DNA of 64,000 nucleotides from positions 71,782 to 135,781 of the IMG/VR virus record IMGVR_UViG_3300031519_004372; one strand, written 5' to 3'. The position numbers and the translations under genes are program-made. The number at the start of each line of letters is the position of its first letter. The stretch's first letter is position 1. The notes beneath the pieces are model-generated. The model did not search any database, was not told the DNA's origin, and was given only the letters and a program-made list of their open reading frames with translations. This DNA is from a virus. Below, piece by piece: positions 36,171 through 46,113 of the stretch.

Positions 36171-37700
36171 TTAAAATACTATACGCCAGGTCCCGTCTGG
36201 ATATTCACCTTCAAACGAAAGTACCCATTCAAATGCGTCCCATTTATATTGTACGCTGGTATTTAAATTAGTAGTATACGTTATGTCTGTTAATGGATCT
36301 GTTTTATTAGAAGCATCAAATACTACAATCCATTTAGTTCCATTCCATTCTACTATATCGTTTGCACTAGCAATAAAGTCAGTTCCGTCTGCATTTTTCC
36401 AAGCATCTGCACCGTCTGTATTAAGTGAGCTACCAATTGCTCCTAATAACAAAATTCTATTGCCTGTTGTTTTTAAAGTTGTTGGATTTGTTTTTGTAGG
36501 ATCTAAGATATAATCAATTTTTGCTTTTGACTGTAAAGTGCTTGCTATAATAGTATCACTAGGTAAACTATCTTCATCCCAGTTTACTACGGATTTACTA
36601 GGATCTGCAGGATCAATTGCAAACGATCCTATAATCTCGGTGGTAAGGTCTTGCCTAGATAATCTTATTTGTGATAAGCCAGCCTGGAAATTTCCAGGAA
36701 TTTCATCTAAGTAAGTTTTCCAAGCAATGTTACCTACAATACCTTTGTACACCAACTGTAGCACACCGTTTAATACTAACAGATTATGATTATTATGTGA
36801 TATTCCCATTACTATATCAGCACTGCCTCTTTTAACTTTACCACTTTGTGCAATATTAGTTACTTCCCCAGTAGGTGCAACTACTATCCTTCCGTGTACG
36901 TCAGTAGTTTCAGTTGCAAGTTCTGGCTGTAGTGAATCGTTACTATCAAAGTCTGAAGATAATTCTGCAGCTAATTGGTTCCCAAACGTATCAAACAGCT
37001 TTGTTGGATTAATATTATTAATATTCCCAGTTTCGTCAAATATACTCGTAATAATATTTGTAATAACCCCTAGTCGTTTTACTTTAACTGGCGGTGATAT
37101 ATAAATTGGTGTTTTGAAAGCAAGTGTAGCAACATCAATATCAGAATCAGTGCCAACTGGAATTGTTCTTCCAGTCCAAGTAATTCCATCTAAATTAACA
37201 ACACTTAAACTTGTCCAATCAATATAGTTATCAGTAGTTTGTATTTCTAAACTAGGATTGAATAACATTAAAATTTGTTCTAAAACTTGTAATTTTTGAT
37301 CAGTATTTGTTGTCCAAATGTCTACGTTTACACTAAGCTCGTACGGAGTAGGCATCAATCGTTCAACAGTATAATTTTTTCCTGACTCGTTTAAATATTC
37401 TTTTCCAGTTGAGTCGTATGCCCGTTCTCGAACATTTACTTTACTAATATAGCTTGCATCAGCAAGCATAGCAGTATTCATCTCAATACCAGTAACATAA
37501 ATTCCCATTCTAGGAGCACTTGGTATTTTATTTTCTGAACCTTCTTTAAGAATACTACCAACTTGCCTAGTAATATCACCATACATAACAGGAATTTGTA
37601 CTAATCTTTCTTTACTATCTTTATATGAGAAATTACTCATTAGTCTAACTAGTTGAGTAATATACCTTCTTATTTGACCATCGTAAAAATGTTGAGCCAT
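36171..37700 (-). CDS. gp15: T4 gp15-like tail sheath stabiliser/tail terminator with C-terminal extension
   Basis: 509 aa; HFYD.QIRRY.TQ, VP.MYGD, P..PRM..Y.TG.E, MP.PY.L...VDIW..N.DQ.LQ.LEQIL..FNP. Confidence 0.75.
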   Translation of the reverse strand: MAQHFYDGQIRRYITQLVRLMSNFSYKDSKERLVQIPVMYGDITRQVGSILKEGSENKIPSAPRMGIYVTGIEMNTAMLADASYISKVNVRERAYDSTGKEYLNESGKNYTVERLMPTPYELSVNVDIWTTNTDQKLQVLEQILMLFNPSLEIQTTDNYIDWTSLSVVNLDGITWTGRTIPVGTDSDIDVATLAFKTPIYISPPVKVKRLGVITNIITSIFDETGNINNINPTKLFDTFGNQLAAELSSDFDSNDSLQPELATETTDVHGRIVVAPTGEVTNIAQSGKVKRGSADIVMGISHNNHNLLVLNGVLQLVYKGIVGNIAWKTYLDEIPGNFQAGLSQIRLSRQDLTTEIIGSFAIDPADPSKSVVNWDEDSLPSDTIIASTLQSKAKIDYILDPTKTNPTTLKTTGNRILLLGAIGSSLNTDGADAWKNADGTDFIASANDIVEWNGTKWIVVFDASNKTDPLTDITYTTNLNTSVQYKWDAFEWVLSFEGEYPDGTWRIVF

Positions 37701-38860
37701 TAGTTGTCTGCCTTAGGTTTAAGTGCTTGCGAAAGACTCTGTCTTTGGGTTACTGTTTCACCACCAATTGTATCAGTAGTAGTATTATTAATAAAGCCAC
37801 CTTTTTGTGTAGACTTTGTATTTGTATTTGATAGAGAAACTCGTACAGAGTCTTCAAGTTTGACCCAACGAGTTCCATCAAACTTAAATAATCTATTAGG
37901 CAAAAAATCAGTCCTTAAAAAATATTCGTGTGTTGACGGGCTTCCTGGAAAAGAAATTCCGTGACCAAATACCTCACCGTTTGGTGGAAGTCCGTCACCA
38001 AGTAAATATCCTTGATATCCATTTTTAGCTGGCGGCACCATCATTTTGTCAACATTAATGCCATCTGACGCATCAAGTGTGGCTGAATCAACTGTTACTA
38101 GCTCAGTATCCCCGTTTTCGTCAGTTGTTAATGTAAATAAATGGCTAGTATCATATCCACTTTTTGCTGCATCTGCTTCTGCTTGTGCAACCACTGCATT
38201 ATTAATTTGCATTTCTTTTTCATATGTAGATAACAAGTCTCTTAATGTATTGCCGCCCGGAGCATCTTCTTCAGCTGGTAAATCTAGGATTTCTTTAAAC
38301 TCTTGACTATCAACTATCTGTTTAAGTTTTAATCTATATAAGTGCGGATACCACGTTTGGGTAAATCCTTCACTTGCACGATTAACATCTTCAACTACAT
38401 AAAATCTTTTAAGTGCTACTGCATAATCATTTAAGGCGTATTCGTCTTTTAAATGAGGTAATTCAATAACATCTCCAGACATAATTTTTCTTCCCAATGA
38501 TTTTACACTACTGTTAATATGAATAGTAAGCATTAGTGTGTCATTTTGTAAAAACAGTCCAAATTGACTAAGATCAAAATCTACATCTTGAACATTGTAT
38601 ACACCTCGCATAGTATACACGTCTGGATCATACTTACGATCTCTATTTTCTAAAAATAGTAAATCTTGTATGTTTGTTTCTTTAACAGCATCGTAACGAG
38701 GCTGATCAGCAGTTGCATCTGCTTCATCGGGGTTATCAGGACCAAGGTATTTGTGAACAAATAAGTCAGTACCACCAATAGTGAACATTTCTAGAATTTG
38801 TCTATCTAGGAATTCAAAATCTTTACCACGTTCGGGTTTATATAAACTAAGTCTCGGCAT
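37700..38860 (-). CDS. gp14: T4 gp14-like neck protein
   Basis: 386 aa; DRQI.E...IGG.D..V..Y, FDLSQFGLF..ND.L...IH.N ... GDVIELP; adjacent to the gp13- and gp15-like genes. Confidence 0.7.
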   Translation of the reverse strand: MPRLSLYKPERGKDFEFLDRQILEMFTIGGTDLFVHKYLGPDNPDEADATADQPRYDAVKETNIQDLLFLENRDRKYDPDVYTMRGVYNVQDVDFDLSQFGLFLQNDTLMLTIHINSSVKSLGRKIMSGDVIELPHLKDEYALNDYAVALKRFYVVEDVNRASEGFTQTWYPHLYRLKLKQIVDSQEFKEILDLPAEEDAPGGNTLRDLLSTYEKEMQINNAVVAQAEADAAKSGYDTSHLFTLTTDENGDTELVTVDSATLDASDGINVDKMMVPPAKNGYQGYLLGDGLPPNGEVFGHGISFPGSPSTHEYFLRTDFLPNRLFKFDGTRWVKLEDSVRVSLSNTNTKSTQKGGFINNTTTDTIGGETVTQRQSLSQALKPKADN

Positions 38861-38863
38861 ACA

Positions 38864-38888
38864 AGTATTTATCGGAACGATAAATACT
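38864..38888. promoter_or_regulatory. Palindromic back-to-back late promoters
   Basis: AGTATTTATCG-GAA-CGATAAATACT: perfect 11-bp inverted repeat placing a TAAATA box on each strand between the divergent gp14 and gp13 genes. Confidence 0.85.
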
Positions 38889-38902
38889 ACGAGGAGAACT
38901 TT

Positions 38903-39661
38903 ATGGCAAATCTACAAACACAAAGACAAGAAGTATTTGATTATGTAAATACACTGCTGGGTGGAGGCATGGTTGATGTTGAATTAGACCCAATTCACTA
39001 CGAAACAGCATTAAAAAAAGCACTTTCAAAACTTAGACAAAGATCTGATAATTCAGTTGAAGAATCATATGTGTTTTTGCCAACAGTAGTTGATCAAAAC
39101 GAATATACACTTCCGGATGAAGTAGTTGAAGTAAGAAAAATACACAGGCGCTCGGTTGGTTCTAGAAGTGGAGGCGGCGAAGGTGGCTCTATTTTTGAAC
39201 CGTTTAACCTAGCGTATACGAATACATACTTACTATCAAGTTCGAGCATGGGCGGATTATCAACTTACGAACTATTTGCAGGTCACCAGGAAATGGTTGG
39301 ACGTATGTTTGGATCATTCATAGAATTTAAATGGAATACTGTAAACAAAAAACTTACGTTATTACAACGTCCTCGGGCAGAAGAAGATCTTCTATTAATG
39401 TGTTATAATTATAGACCAGATAGTGAATTGCTTAGAGATTATTTAACGTCACAATGGATTAAAGATTATACGCTTGCCGTTTGTAAATATATGCTTGGCG
39501 AGGCTCGTTCAAAGTTTGCTACAATTGCTGGTCCACAAGGTGGCAGTCAGCTAAACGGTGATACTTTAAAAGGTGAAGCTCAAGCTGAAATGGAAAAATT
39601 AGAGACTGAAGTAGCAACTCAAATGGCCGGCGGCGTTGGTTATAGTTTTGTAATTGGCTAA
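38903..39661 (+). CDS. gp13: T4 gp13-like neck protein
   Basis: 252 aa with GAGGAG RBS; LG..MVDVELD, WIKDY.LA.CK.MLG..RSKF..I.GP.GG..LNG..LK.EA. Confidence 0.8.
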   Translation: MANLQTQRQEVFDYVNTLLGGGMVDVELDPIHYETALKKALSKLRQRSDNSVEESYVFLPTVVDQNEYTLPDEVVEVRKIHRRSVGSRSGGGEGGSIFEPFNLAYTNTYLLSSSSMGGLSTYELFAGHQEMVGRMFGSFIEFKWNTVNKKLTLLQRPRAEEDLLLMCYNYRPDSELLRDYLTSQWIKDYTLAVCKYMLGEARSKFATIAGPQGGSQLNGDTLKGEAQAEMEKLETEVATQMAGGVGYSFVIG

Positions 39662-39668
39662 AAAATAC

Positions 39669-39697
39669 TTGACTTCTTAATATTTTTATTGTATAAT
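39669..39697 (+). promoter_or_regulatory. Sigma70-like promoter
   Basis: TTGACT, 17 nt, TATAAT upstream of the dNMP kinase gene. Confidence 0.75.
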
Positions 39698-39727
39698 AGT
39701 TATTATATACAGTAAAGGTAACCTAAT

Positions 39728-40339
39728 ATGATTATTGGCATATGCGGCCTAATAGGCAGTGGCAAAGACACTATTGCAGATTATTTAATTAAACGACATA
39801 ACTTTCAAAAACTTAGTTTTGCAGATAAATTAAAAGATAGTGTAGCAACTATGTTTGATTGGGACCGAAGTCTATTAGATGGTAAAACAGATCAAAGTAG
39901 GCAATGGCGAGAAGAAATAGATGAATATTGGTCTAACGAAACAGGTAAAGAAATAACTCCAAGATTAGTATTACAACTATTTGGTACTGAATGTATGCGT
40001 AATGGATTTTATGACGGTATATGGGTTAGTTTAACCAAAAAGAAAATATTAGATAATCCAATGCAGAATTTTGTTATTCCAGATGTACGATTTCCTAACG
40101 AAGCTAAAATGATATACGGAATAAACGGACAAGTTTGGCGTATCAAAAGAGGTGAAGATCCAGACTGGTTTAGCGAATATCAAACATTAGGTGTAGAACC
40201 TAAAGAAGTACACCCTAGCGAATGGGCGTGGGCAAACACTAAATTTACATATATTTTAGAGAATAACAAAACTATAACTGAACTTAGAAATCAGGTAAAA
40301 GATCACCTTGTTTCCAACGAACTCCCTCTTTTTGCATAA
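39728..40339 (+). CDS. gp1: Deoxynucleoside monophosphate kinase (T4 gp1-like)
   Basis: 203 aa; P-loop GLIGSGKDT, SFAD.LK, TPR.VLQ.FGTE, VIPDVRFPNE. Confidence 0.9.
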   Translation: MIIGICGLIGSGKDTIADYLIKRHNFQKLSFADKLKDSVATMFDWDRSLLDGKTDQSRQWREEIDEYWSNETGKEITPRLVLQLFGTECMRNGFYDGIWVSLTKKKILDNPMQNFVIPDVRFPNEAKMIYGINGQVWRIKRGEDPDWFSEYQTLGVEPKEVHPSEWAWANTKFTYILENNKTITELRNQVKDHLVSNELPLFA

Positions 40340-40622
40340 TACGTTGACAGTTAGCACACACTGTCTTTAAATTATTAAACTGACAGTTATCTAACGAACC
40401 GTCTATATGAAAAACATTAAACTGTTCTCGATGATTACTTTTAAAGTTACACTTCTCACAATAGTCTTTCTTCTCGTATCCTACACGTTTCCATTTAGGA
40501 ATACCGTGTGCTACTCCACCGTGTTTAGTACAGGTTTCGCACTTGCGTCGATAAAACGTTTTATCGTTTTTCTTGTAATTTATTGCCGCTGGCCGCTGGC
40601 CGCATATACATAAAGGTCTCAT
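40284..40622 (-). CDS. Zinc-binding HNH-like protein
   Basis: 112 aa; CxC and CxxC pairs and FHIDG..DN...NNL..VCANCQ; TAAATA 4 nt upstream. Confidence 0.65.
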   Translation of the reverse strand: MRPLCICGQRPAAINYKKNDKTFYRRKCETCTKHGGVAHGIPKWKRVGYEKKDYCEKCNFKSNHREQFNVFHIDGSLDNCQFNNLKTVCANCQRIMQKEGVRWKQGDLLPDF

Positions 40623-40735
40623 ATTGTATTTACCTACCCTTTACCGCCCCTTTATCATACGGTCTTACACCAGGTTTTTATTTAAATAATATAAATACAA
40701 GTAGAGAATAACTTATTCCAACAGGAGACAATAAA

Positions 40736-43700
40736 ATGGCATTAGTATCACCCGGCGTACAGGTTAGCGTAATAGACGAGAGTTTTTATACTCCAGCTGA
40801 ACCAGGTACAACCCCTATGGTATTTGTTGTAAGTGCTCAAGATAAAACAAACGCATCTGGCACAGGTACAGCAATAGGAACAACATTAGCAAACGCAGGT
40901 AAACCTTTCTTGCTAACTTCACAACGAGATTTAGCCGATACATTTGGCGATCCAATTTTTGAAACAGACGCAAGTAACAATCCAGTACATGCAGGCGAAC
41001 TTAACGAATATGGATTACAGGCAGCATACTCATACTTAGGTGTTAGTAATGCAGCTTGGGTAACTAGAGCATCAGTTGATACTAATCAACTTAAACCTTC
41101 AGCAACTGCTCCGGCAGCTGATCCAGCATCTGGAACATACTGGCTTGATACATCAATTTCAAAATATGGAATCCAAATTTGGAATGCTGCAGCAGTTACA
41201 GTAACTGGCGGCCAAAGTTTTACTAATAAGATACCAAGTGTAATTACAAGTGTTGCATATGTTACTGGTTCTTTAGAATCCCCAGGGGCGCCAAAGACCT
41301 CATATGGTACAATAGGTGATTATGCAATTGTCTCTCTTACAACACTTAATACTATATGGTATAAAACACCAGGAAGTGCTCCAGGCGTAACTCCAGGCAC
41401 ATGGGTACAGTTAGGATCTGAAGATTGGATTAAGAGCTGGCCTACAGTGCAAGGTTCAAAAGCTAACCCAACATTTGTTAGTTCTACAGCTATTACAATT
41501 AATGGTGTTTCAATTGCTATTACTAGTTCAGATACGGTTACAACTATTACAGCAACAATTAACGGATTATCAATTCCAGGAATTCTTGCAGCAGTAGTAA
41601 ACAGTAAATTAGAAATTTATAGTGATGGTAACTCTTCAGGAGCAGATGATTCAACATATGGCGGACCAATTCTTATTGGTGGCGACAGTGCTACACTAAC
41701 ATTGTTAGGAATTTCTGTAGGAACATATTATCCACCAGCATTACAAATTTCAACACATACATCTATTCCAGAATGGAAAACTTCAGATACATATACTCGT
41801 CCAACAGGAAGTGTTTGGTTTAAAACTACTGAAGCTAACTTAGGAGCAAGAATAAGAGTTAAATCATGGAACGCAGCAACATTATTATGGGATGCCGTTG
41901 CAGCTCCAATTTACGAATCAAATGAACAAGCCCTTTATCAATTAGATAGAACAGGCGGCGGCGCAGGTCTTGCAGCTGGTGACTTATATGTACAAACTAA
42001 CGTTGCAGGCGATGCCCAACCGTTAGGAACATTTAAGTTATTTAGAAGAAATGCAGCAGTAGTTACATCAGTAATGAGTAAAAAGATTTTAGCAGCAACT
42101 ATTACAGCAGGAACACGTACATTTACAGTAGCGTCATCAGATGCAGGAAAATCTGTATTAAATGCGGCAGTTACAGTTTCAGCAGTAACTAACGGTACTA
42201 TTACTGATGCAGACACAATTGCAGCAGCAATTACAAGTGCTAATATTGAAAACGTTACAGCAGATGTTGATAGTGCAAATAGAGTTACTATTACACATTC
42301 ACAGTTTGGTGACATAAAATTTGTAGATACAAGTGGTGTATTAACAGAAGCTGGATTTGCAGCATATGTTAGTACTACAAGCGGAACTCCAAACTTATAC
42401 TATGTTTCAGGCACAGACGGAGACACAAGTCCGTTACAACTACAAGCAAGCCAGTGGAAACCACTAGTATACACAGCAAGTGATGACGAGGTTACTGCAC
42501 TAACAGTACAAGGAAGATTATGGTATAACTCTGTTGTTGACGAAGTTGATATGATGATTCATAATGGCGCTACTTGGGTTGGTTACTTAGATTCAACAAG
42601 TCCTTATTATAGTGCAGACGAAGCAGAACAAACTGATCCAGCAGGACCAATTGTTGCAGCAAGCACTCCATTATTACAGAGCGACGGTACTGCACTTAAG
42701 AATGGTGATATATGGATTAGTACAGCTACTATTTCAAGTTATCCACAAATTTATGTATTTAATGCAAACAAATTAAACACACCAATTGCTAATAGATGGG
42801 AGTTGCGTGATGCAGCTGATCAAACTACAGAAAATGGTGTATTATTTGGCGATGCTCGTTGGGCAACAACCGGAGCATTATCAACAGCAGGTGAAATTGA
42901 CGAATTGTTAGAGAGCAATTATTTAGATCCAGATGCTCCAGATCCTTCACTATATCCAAAAGGTATGTTACTATGGAATCTACGCAGAAGCGGATTTAAC
43001 GTTAAGCGTTTTGAACGTAACTGGATTGATGTTAATGGCGACAATGCTAGAATGAATGACGTAAATATGGAACTTTATTATCCACACCGTTGGGTAACAG
43101 AATCCGGAAATCAAGCAGATGGTTCAGGTAGCTTTGGTGCTAAGGCACAACGCAAAGTTATTGTACAATCTTTACAATCATTAGTTAACGGCAATTCTGA
43201 TATTAGAGATGATGAGTCAAGACTATTTAACTTAATGGCATCACCAGGATATCCAGAACTAATTGGCGAAATGATTAGCTTAAACTATGATAGAGGCCTT
43301 AGTGCATTTATTTTAGGAGATAGTCCAGCAACATTAAGTGCAAGTGGAACTGATCTTCAAGCATGGGGAACTAATGCCGCACTAGCACCAGAAGACAATG
43401 CAGACGGTCTAGTAAGTAGAGATGAATATATGGGAATGTTTTATCCATGGGGATTCACTAGTGATAATGCAGGAAACAATGTAATTGTTCCTCCAAGTCA
43501 TATGATGCTAAGAACAATGGCACTAAGCGATCAAGTTAGCTATCCATGGTTTGCACCAGCAGGTATTAGACGTGGTGGTATTACTAATGCTACATCAACA
43601 GGATATGTTGACGCAGAAGGCGAATTTAACGTAGTATCATTAAATGAAGGACAGCGTGATATATTGTATGCACAGAACATTAATCCAATTACATTTATTA

Positions 43701-44077
43701 CAGGTGCAGGTCTTGTTGCTTATGGACAAAAAACAAGAGCAAGAGGTACAAGTGCATTAGATCGTATTAACGTAGCACGTTTGGTTATTTACTTACGTAG
43801 TCAATTAAACAAACTAGCTAAACCTTATATATTTGAACCAAATGATAAAATTACGCGAGATGAGATTAAAGGAGCTGCAGAAAGTTTACTACTAGAATTA
43901 GTAGGACAACGAGCACTATATGACTTCTTAGTAGTTTGTGATGAATCAAATAATACACCAAGTAGAATTGACCGTAATGAACTTTACTTAGATATAGCTA
44001 TTGAACCAGTGAAAGCAGTTGAATTTATTTACATTCCATTACGCTTGAAAAACACTGGTGAAATTGCAGGACTCTAA
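40736..44077 (+). CDS. gp18: Contractile tail sheath protein (T4 gp18-like, expanded)
   Basis: 1113 aa; MALVSPGVQV..IDES, C-terminal VPPS, YPWFAPAG..RG, INPI, DRINV.RL, FEPND..TR, CDESNN, IAIEP.KA.EFI.I; TATAAATA at 40690. Confidence 0.93.
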   Translation: MALVSPGVQVSVIDESFYTPAEPGTTPMVFVVSAQDKTNASGTGTAIGTTLANAGKPFLLTSQRDLADTFGDPIFETDASNNPVHAGELNEYGLQAAYSYLGVSNAAWVTRASVDTNQLKPSATAPAADPASGTYWLDTSISKYGIQIWNAAAVTVTGGQSFTNKIPSVITSVAYVTGSLESPGAPKTSYGTIGDYAIVSLTTLNTIWYKTPGSAPGVTPGTWVQLGSEDWIKSWPTVQGSKANPTFVSSTAITINGVSIAITSSDTVTTITATINGLSIPGILAAVVNSKLEIYSDGNSSGADDSTYGGPILIGGDSATLTLLGISVGTYYPPALQISTHTSIPEWKTSDTYTRPTGSVWFKTTEANLGARIRVKSWNAATLLWDAVAAPIYESNEQALYQLDRTGGGAGLAAGDLYVQTNVAGDAQPLGTFKLFRRNAAVVTSVMSKKILAATITAGTRTFTVASSDAGKSVLNAAVTVSAVTNGTITDADTIAAAITSANIENVTADVDSANRVTITHSQFGDIKFVDTSGVLTEAGFAAYVSTTSGTPNLYYVSGTDGDTSPLQLQASQWKPLVYTASDDEVTALTVQGRLWYNSVVDEVDMMIHNGATWVGYLDSTSPYYSADEAEQTDPAGPIVAASTPLLQSDGTALKNGDIWISTATISSYPQIYVFNANKLNTPIANRWELRDAADQTTENGVLFGDARWATTGALSTAGEIDELLESNYLDPDAPDPSLYPKGMLLWNLRRSGFNVKRFERNWIDVNGDNARMNDVNMELYYPHRWVTESGNQADGSGSFGAKAQRKVIVQSLQSLVNGNSDIRDDESRLFNLMASPGYPELIGEMISLNYDRGLSAFILGDSPATLSASGTDLQAWGTNAALAPEDNADGLVSRDEYMGMFYPWGFTSDNAGNNVIVPPSHMMLRTMALSDQVSYPWFAPAGIRRGGITNATSTGYVDAEGEFNVVSLNEGQRDILYAQNINPITFITGAGLVAYGQKTRARGTSALDRINVARLVIYLRSQLNKLAKPYIFEPNDKITRDEIKGAAESLLLELVGQRALYDFLVVCDESNNTPSRIDRNELYLDIAIEPVKAVEFIYIPLRLKNTGEIAGL

Positions 44078-44111
44078 TATGATAAATATAATTACAACAG
44101 GAGCAAACTAA

Positions 44112-44738
44112 ATGTCTATTTCAACACTATCAAAAATTACAGTCCCGTTAGCAAGTGGAGATTCCGCAAGCAACCAGGGTTTGTTAATGCCAAAACTGCA
44201 ATATCGCTTTAGAGTTTCTTTAGAAAATTTTGGTGTAACTACACCTACTACAGAGTTAACTAAACAGGTAGTAGACGTAACAAGACCAACAGTTGCTTTT
44301 GAACCAATCACAATTGATGTATATAACTCCAAGGCGTATCTAGCAGGTAAGCATACATGGTCACCAATCACAATTAACTTACGTGAAGATGTTAATAACA
44401 ATGTACAGAAACTTGTTGGCGAACAACTTCAGAAGCAGTTTGATTTTTATGAACAGTCAAGTGCAGCGTCAGGACAAGATTATAAGTTTACAGCTAGAAT
44501 TGAAATTCTAGATGGTGGTAATGGAGCAAACGTACCAAACGTACTAGAAACGTTTGAATTGTATGGTTGCTTTGTAACTAATGCTAACTATAACGAATTA
44601 GCATATGCAAATAACGAGCCAATGAGAGTAACACTTGAAATCCAATATGATAATGCAATACAGTCACCACAAGGTACTGGTGTTGGTACAGCAATTGGAC
44701 GTACAATAAATACACTTGTTACAGGCGGCGGCGTCTAA
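44112..44738 (+). CDS. gp19: Tail tube protein (T4 gp19-like)
   Basis: 208 aa directly after the sheath gene; PKLQYRFRV, V.RP, GK..W.PI.I..R.D, L.IQYD. Confidence 0.85.
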   Translation: MSISTLSKITVPLASGDSASNQGLLMPKLQYRFRVSLENFGVTTPTTELTKQVVDVTRPTVAFEPITIDVYNSKAYLAGKHTWSPITINLREDVNNNVQKLVGEQLQKQFDFYEQSSAASGQDYKFTARIEILDGGNGANVPNVLETFELYGCFVTNANYNELAYANNEPMRVTLEIQYDNAIQSPQGTGVGTAIGRTINTLVTGGGV

Positions 44739-44758
44739 ACTTTAATTTAATTAATACT

Positions 44759-44786
44759 AAAAGGTCGCTTTATGCGGCCTTTTTTT
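44759..44786 (+). terminator. Rho-independent terminator
   Basis: AAAAGGTCGC-TTTAT-GCGGCC followed by a T run. Confidence 0.8.
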
Positions 44787-44846
44787 ACGGATAAATTATC
44801 TACCCAGTTAATTTAAAAGGATAAATATTAATATAGGAGAAACAAT

Positions 44847-46112
44847 ATGGCATCCGCATTTAACGGGTTTTTAGATAGTGTAGCAAATGGAGCGTTAAGT
44901 CCTAAAGGTAATTTAGGCGATTACTCTCATGCAAGTAAATTATTTGTAACAGAAAATCAAAAATTAGCACCCCATACAAAATTTCTATACCATTGCTTTT
45001 TCCAAATGGATCCACTTGCAGCAAGTGTATTGCCTGATTTAAAAGCTAAACACGAATTAGAAATTGGCATGCTTGTTAAAAGTGCAGAGCTTCCAAAGTT
45101 TAGTGCAGATATTGAAACTAAAAACAAATATAATAGAAAAAAGAATGTACAAACAGCCATTAAGTATAATCCGGTAACTATTACATTTCATGATGATAAT
45201 TACGGTGTTACTACAGCATTACTAGAAGCATACTACAGATACAACTTTTCAGATGGTAATTATAAAGAGACACCGGGCGCATTTAATAAAGCAGGGGCCG
45301 GAGACAGTACCTATAAAGGTGCAGGAGCTAATCAATATAGTTATGGTTTAAATAATGGACAAACTGTTCCATTTTTTCAAAATATACAAATTAGTCAAAT
45401 GGCTAGAAAGGCCTATACAACTTATACCCTAGTTAATCCTATTATTACTGACTGGCAACATGACACTGTTGATGCTACTGATGGCACGACTACTATGGTA
45501 AACACAATTACTGTAATGTACGAGGCAGTCTTTTACACTAGAGGAAATGTTGAAACTGGAGCTAATGGAAATCCTAAAGGATTTGGAGATCAGCAACATT
45601 ATGATGTTACACCTAGTGCATTAAATGGTGGTGGCCTTGGAGGAATACTTGGCACAGCGTCACAGTTGTTTGGCTTTATTACTAATGGCACAGGATTTAA
45701 TAATCCTTTACAAGCAGGTTTAGCTGCAGCTGGATTAATTAGTAATATTAGAAATTTATCATCTGAAGGTCTTAGAGCCGAAGGATTTAAAGTTCTTACT
45801 GGAGCAATTGGTGCTGCTGGGGGAATCGATGTAAGCGGAGTGTCACAAACATTTTTTCCAAAGAACGGCGGATCTGGTGGCGCAGCGGATATAGGTATAG
45901 CAACAGCAGCCGTTGTTGGACTAAGCACGTTATCATCGTTAGTTAAATCTTCTTCAAACGCTGCGGAAATTGAATCTGCAGCAAGAAAAACAAACGTAGC
46001 AAATTTTCAATCAAATGGAAATAGTGGAGGCGTAAATGAAGCAAACGCCGCATTTGATAACTTAGGTGCAGCTGATAAAGCTAAGTTAGCAGCACAAGTA
46101 ACAGGAACATAA
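44847..46112 (+). CDS. Tail-tube-fold baseplate/tube initiator (gp48/gp54-like) with G/A-rich C-terminal tail
   Basis: 421 aa; K.AELPKF...E.KN.YNRK......Y.P..I.FHDD pattern of tube-fold proteins. Confidence 0.6.
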   Translation: MASAFNGFLDSVANGALSPKGNLGDYSHASKLFVTENQKLAPHTKFLYHCFFQMDPLAASVLPDLKAKHELEIGMLVKSAELPKFSADIETKNKYNRKKNVQTAIKYNPVTITFHDDNYGVTTALLEAYYRYNFSDGNYKETPGAFNKAGAGDSTYKGAGANQYSYGLNNGQTVPFFQNIQISQMARKAYTTYTLVNPIITDWQHDTVDATDGTTTMVNTITVMYEAVFYTRGNVETGANGNPKGFGDQQHYDVTPSALNGGGLGGILGTASQLFGFITNGTGFNNPLQAGLAAAGLISNIRNLSSEGLRAEGFKVLTGAIGAAGGIDVSGVSQTFFPKNGGSGGAADIGIATAAVVGLSTLSSLVKSSSNAAEIESAARKTNVANFQSNGNSGGVNEANAAFDNLGAADKAKLAAQVTGT

Positions 46113-46113
46113 T

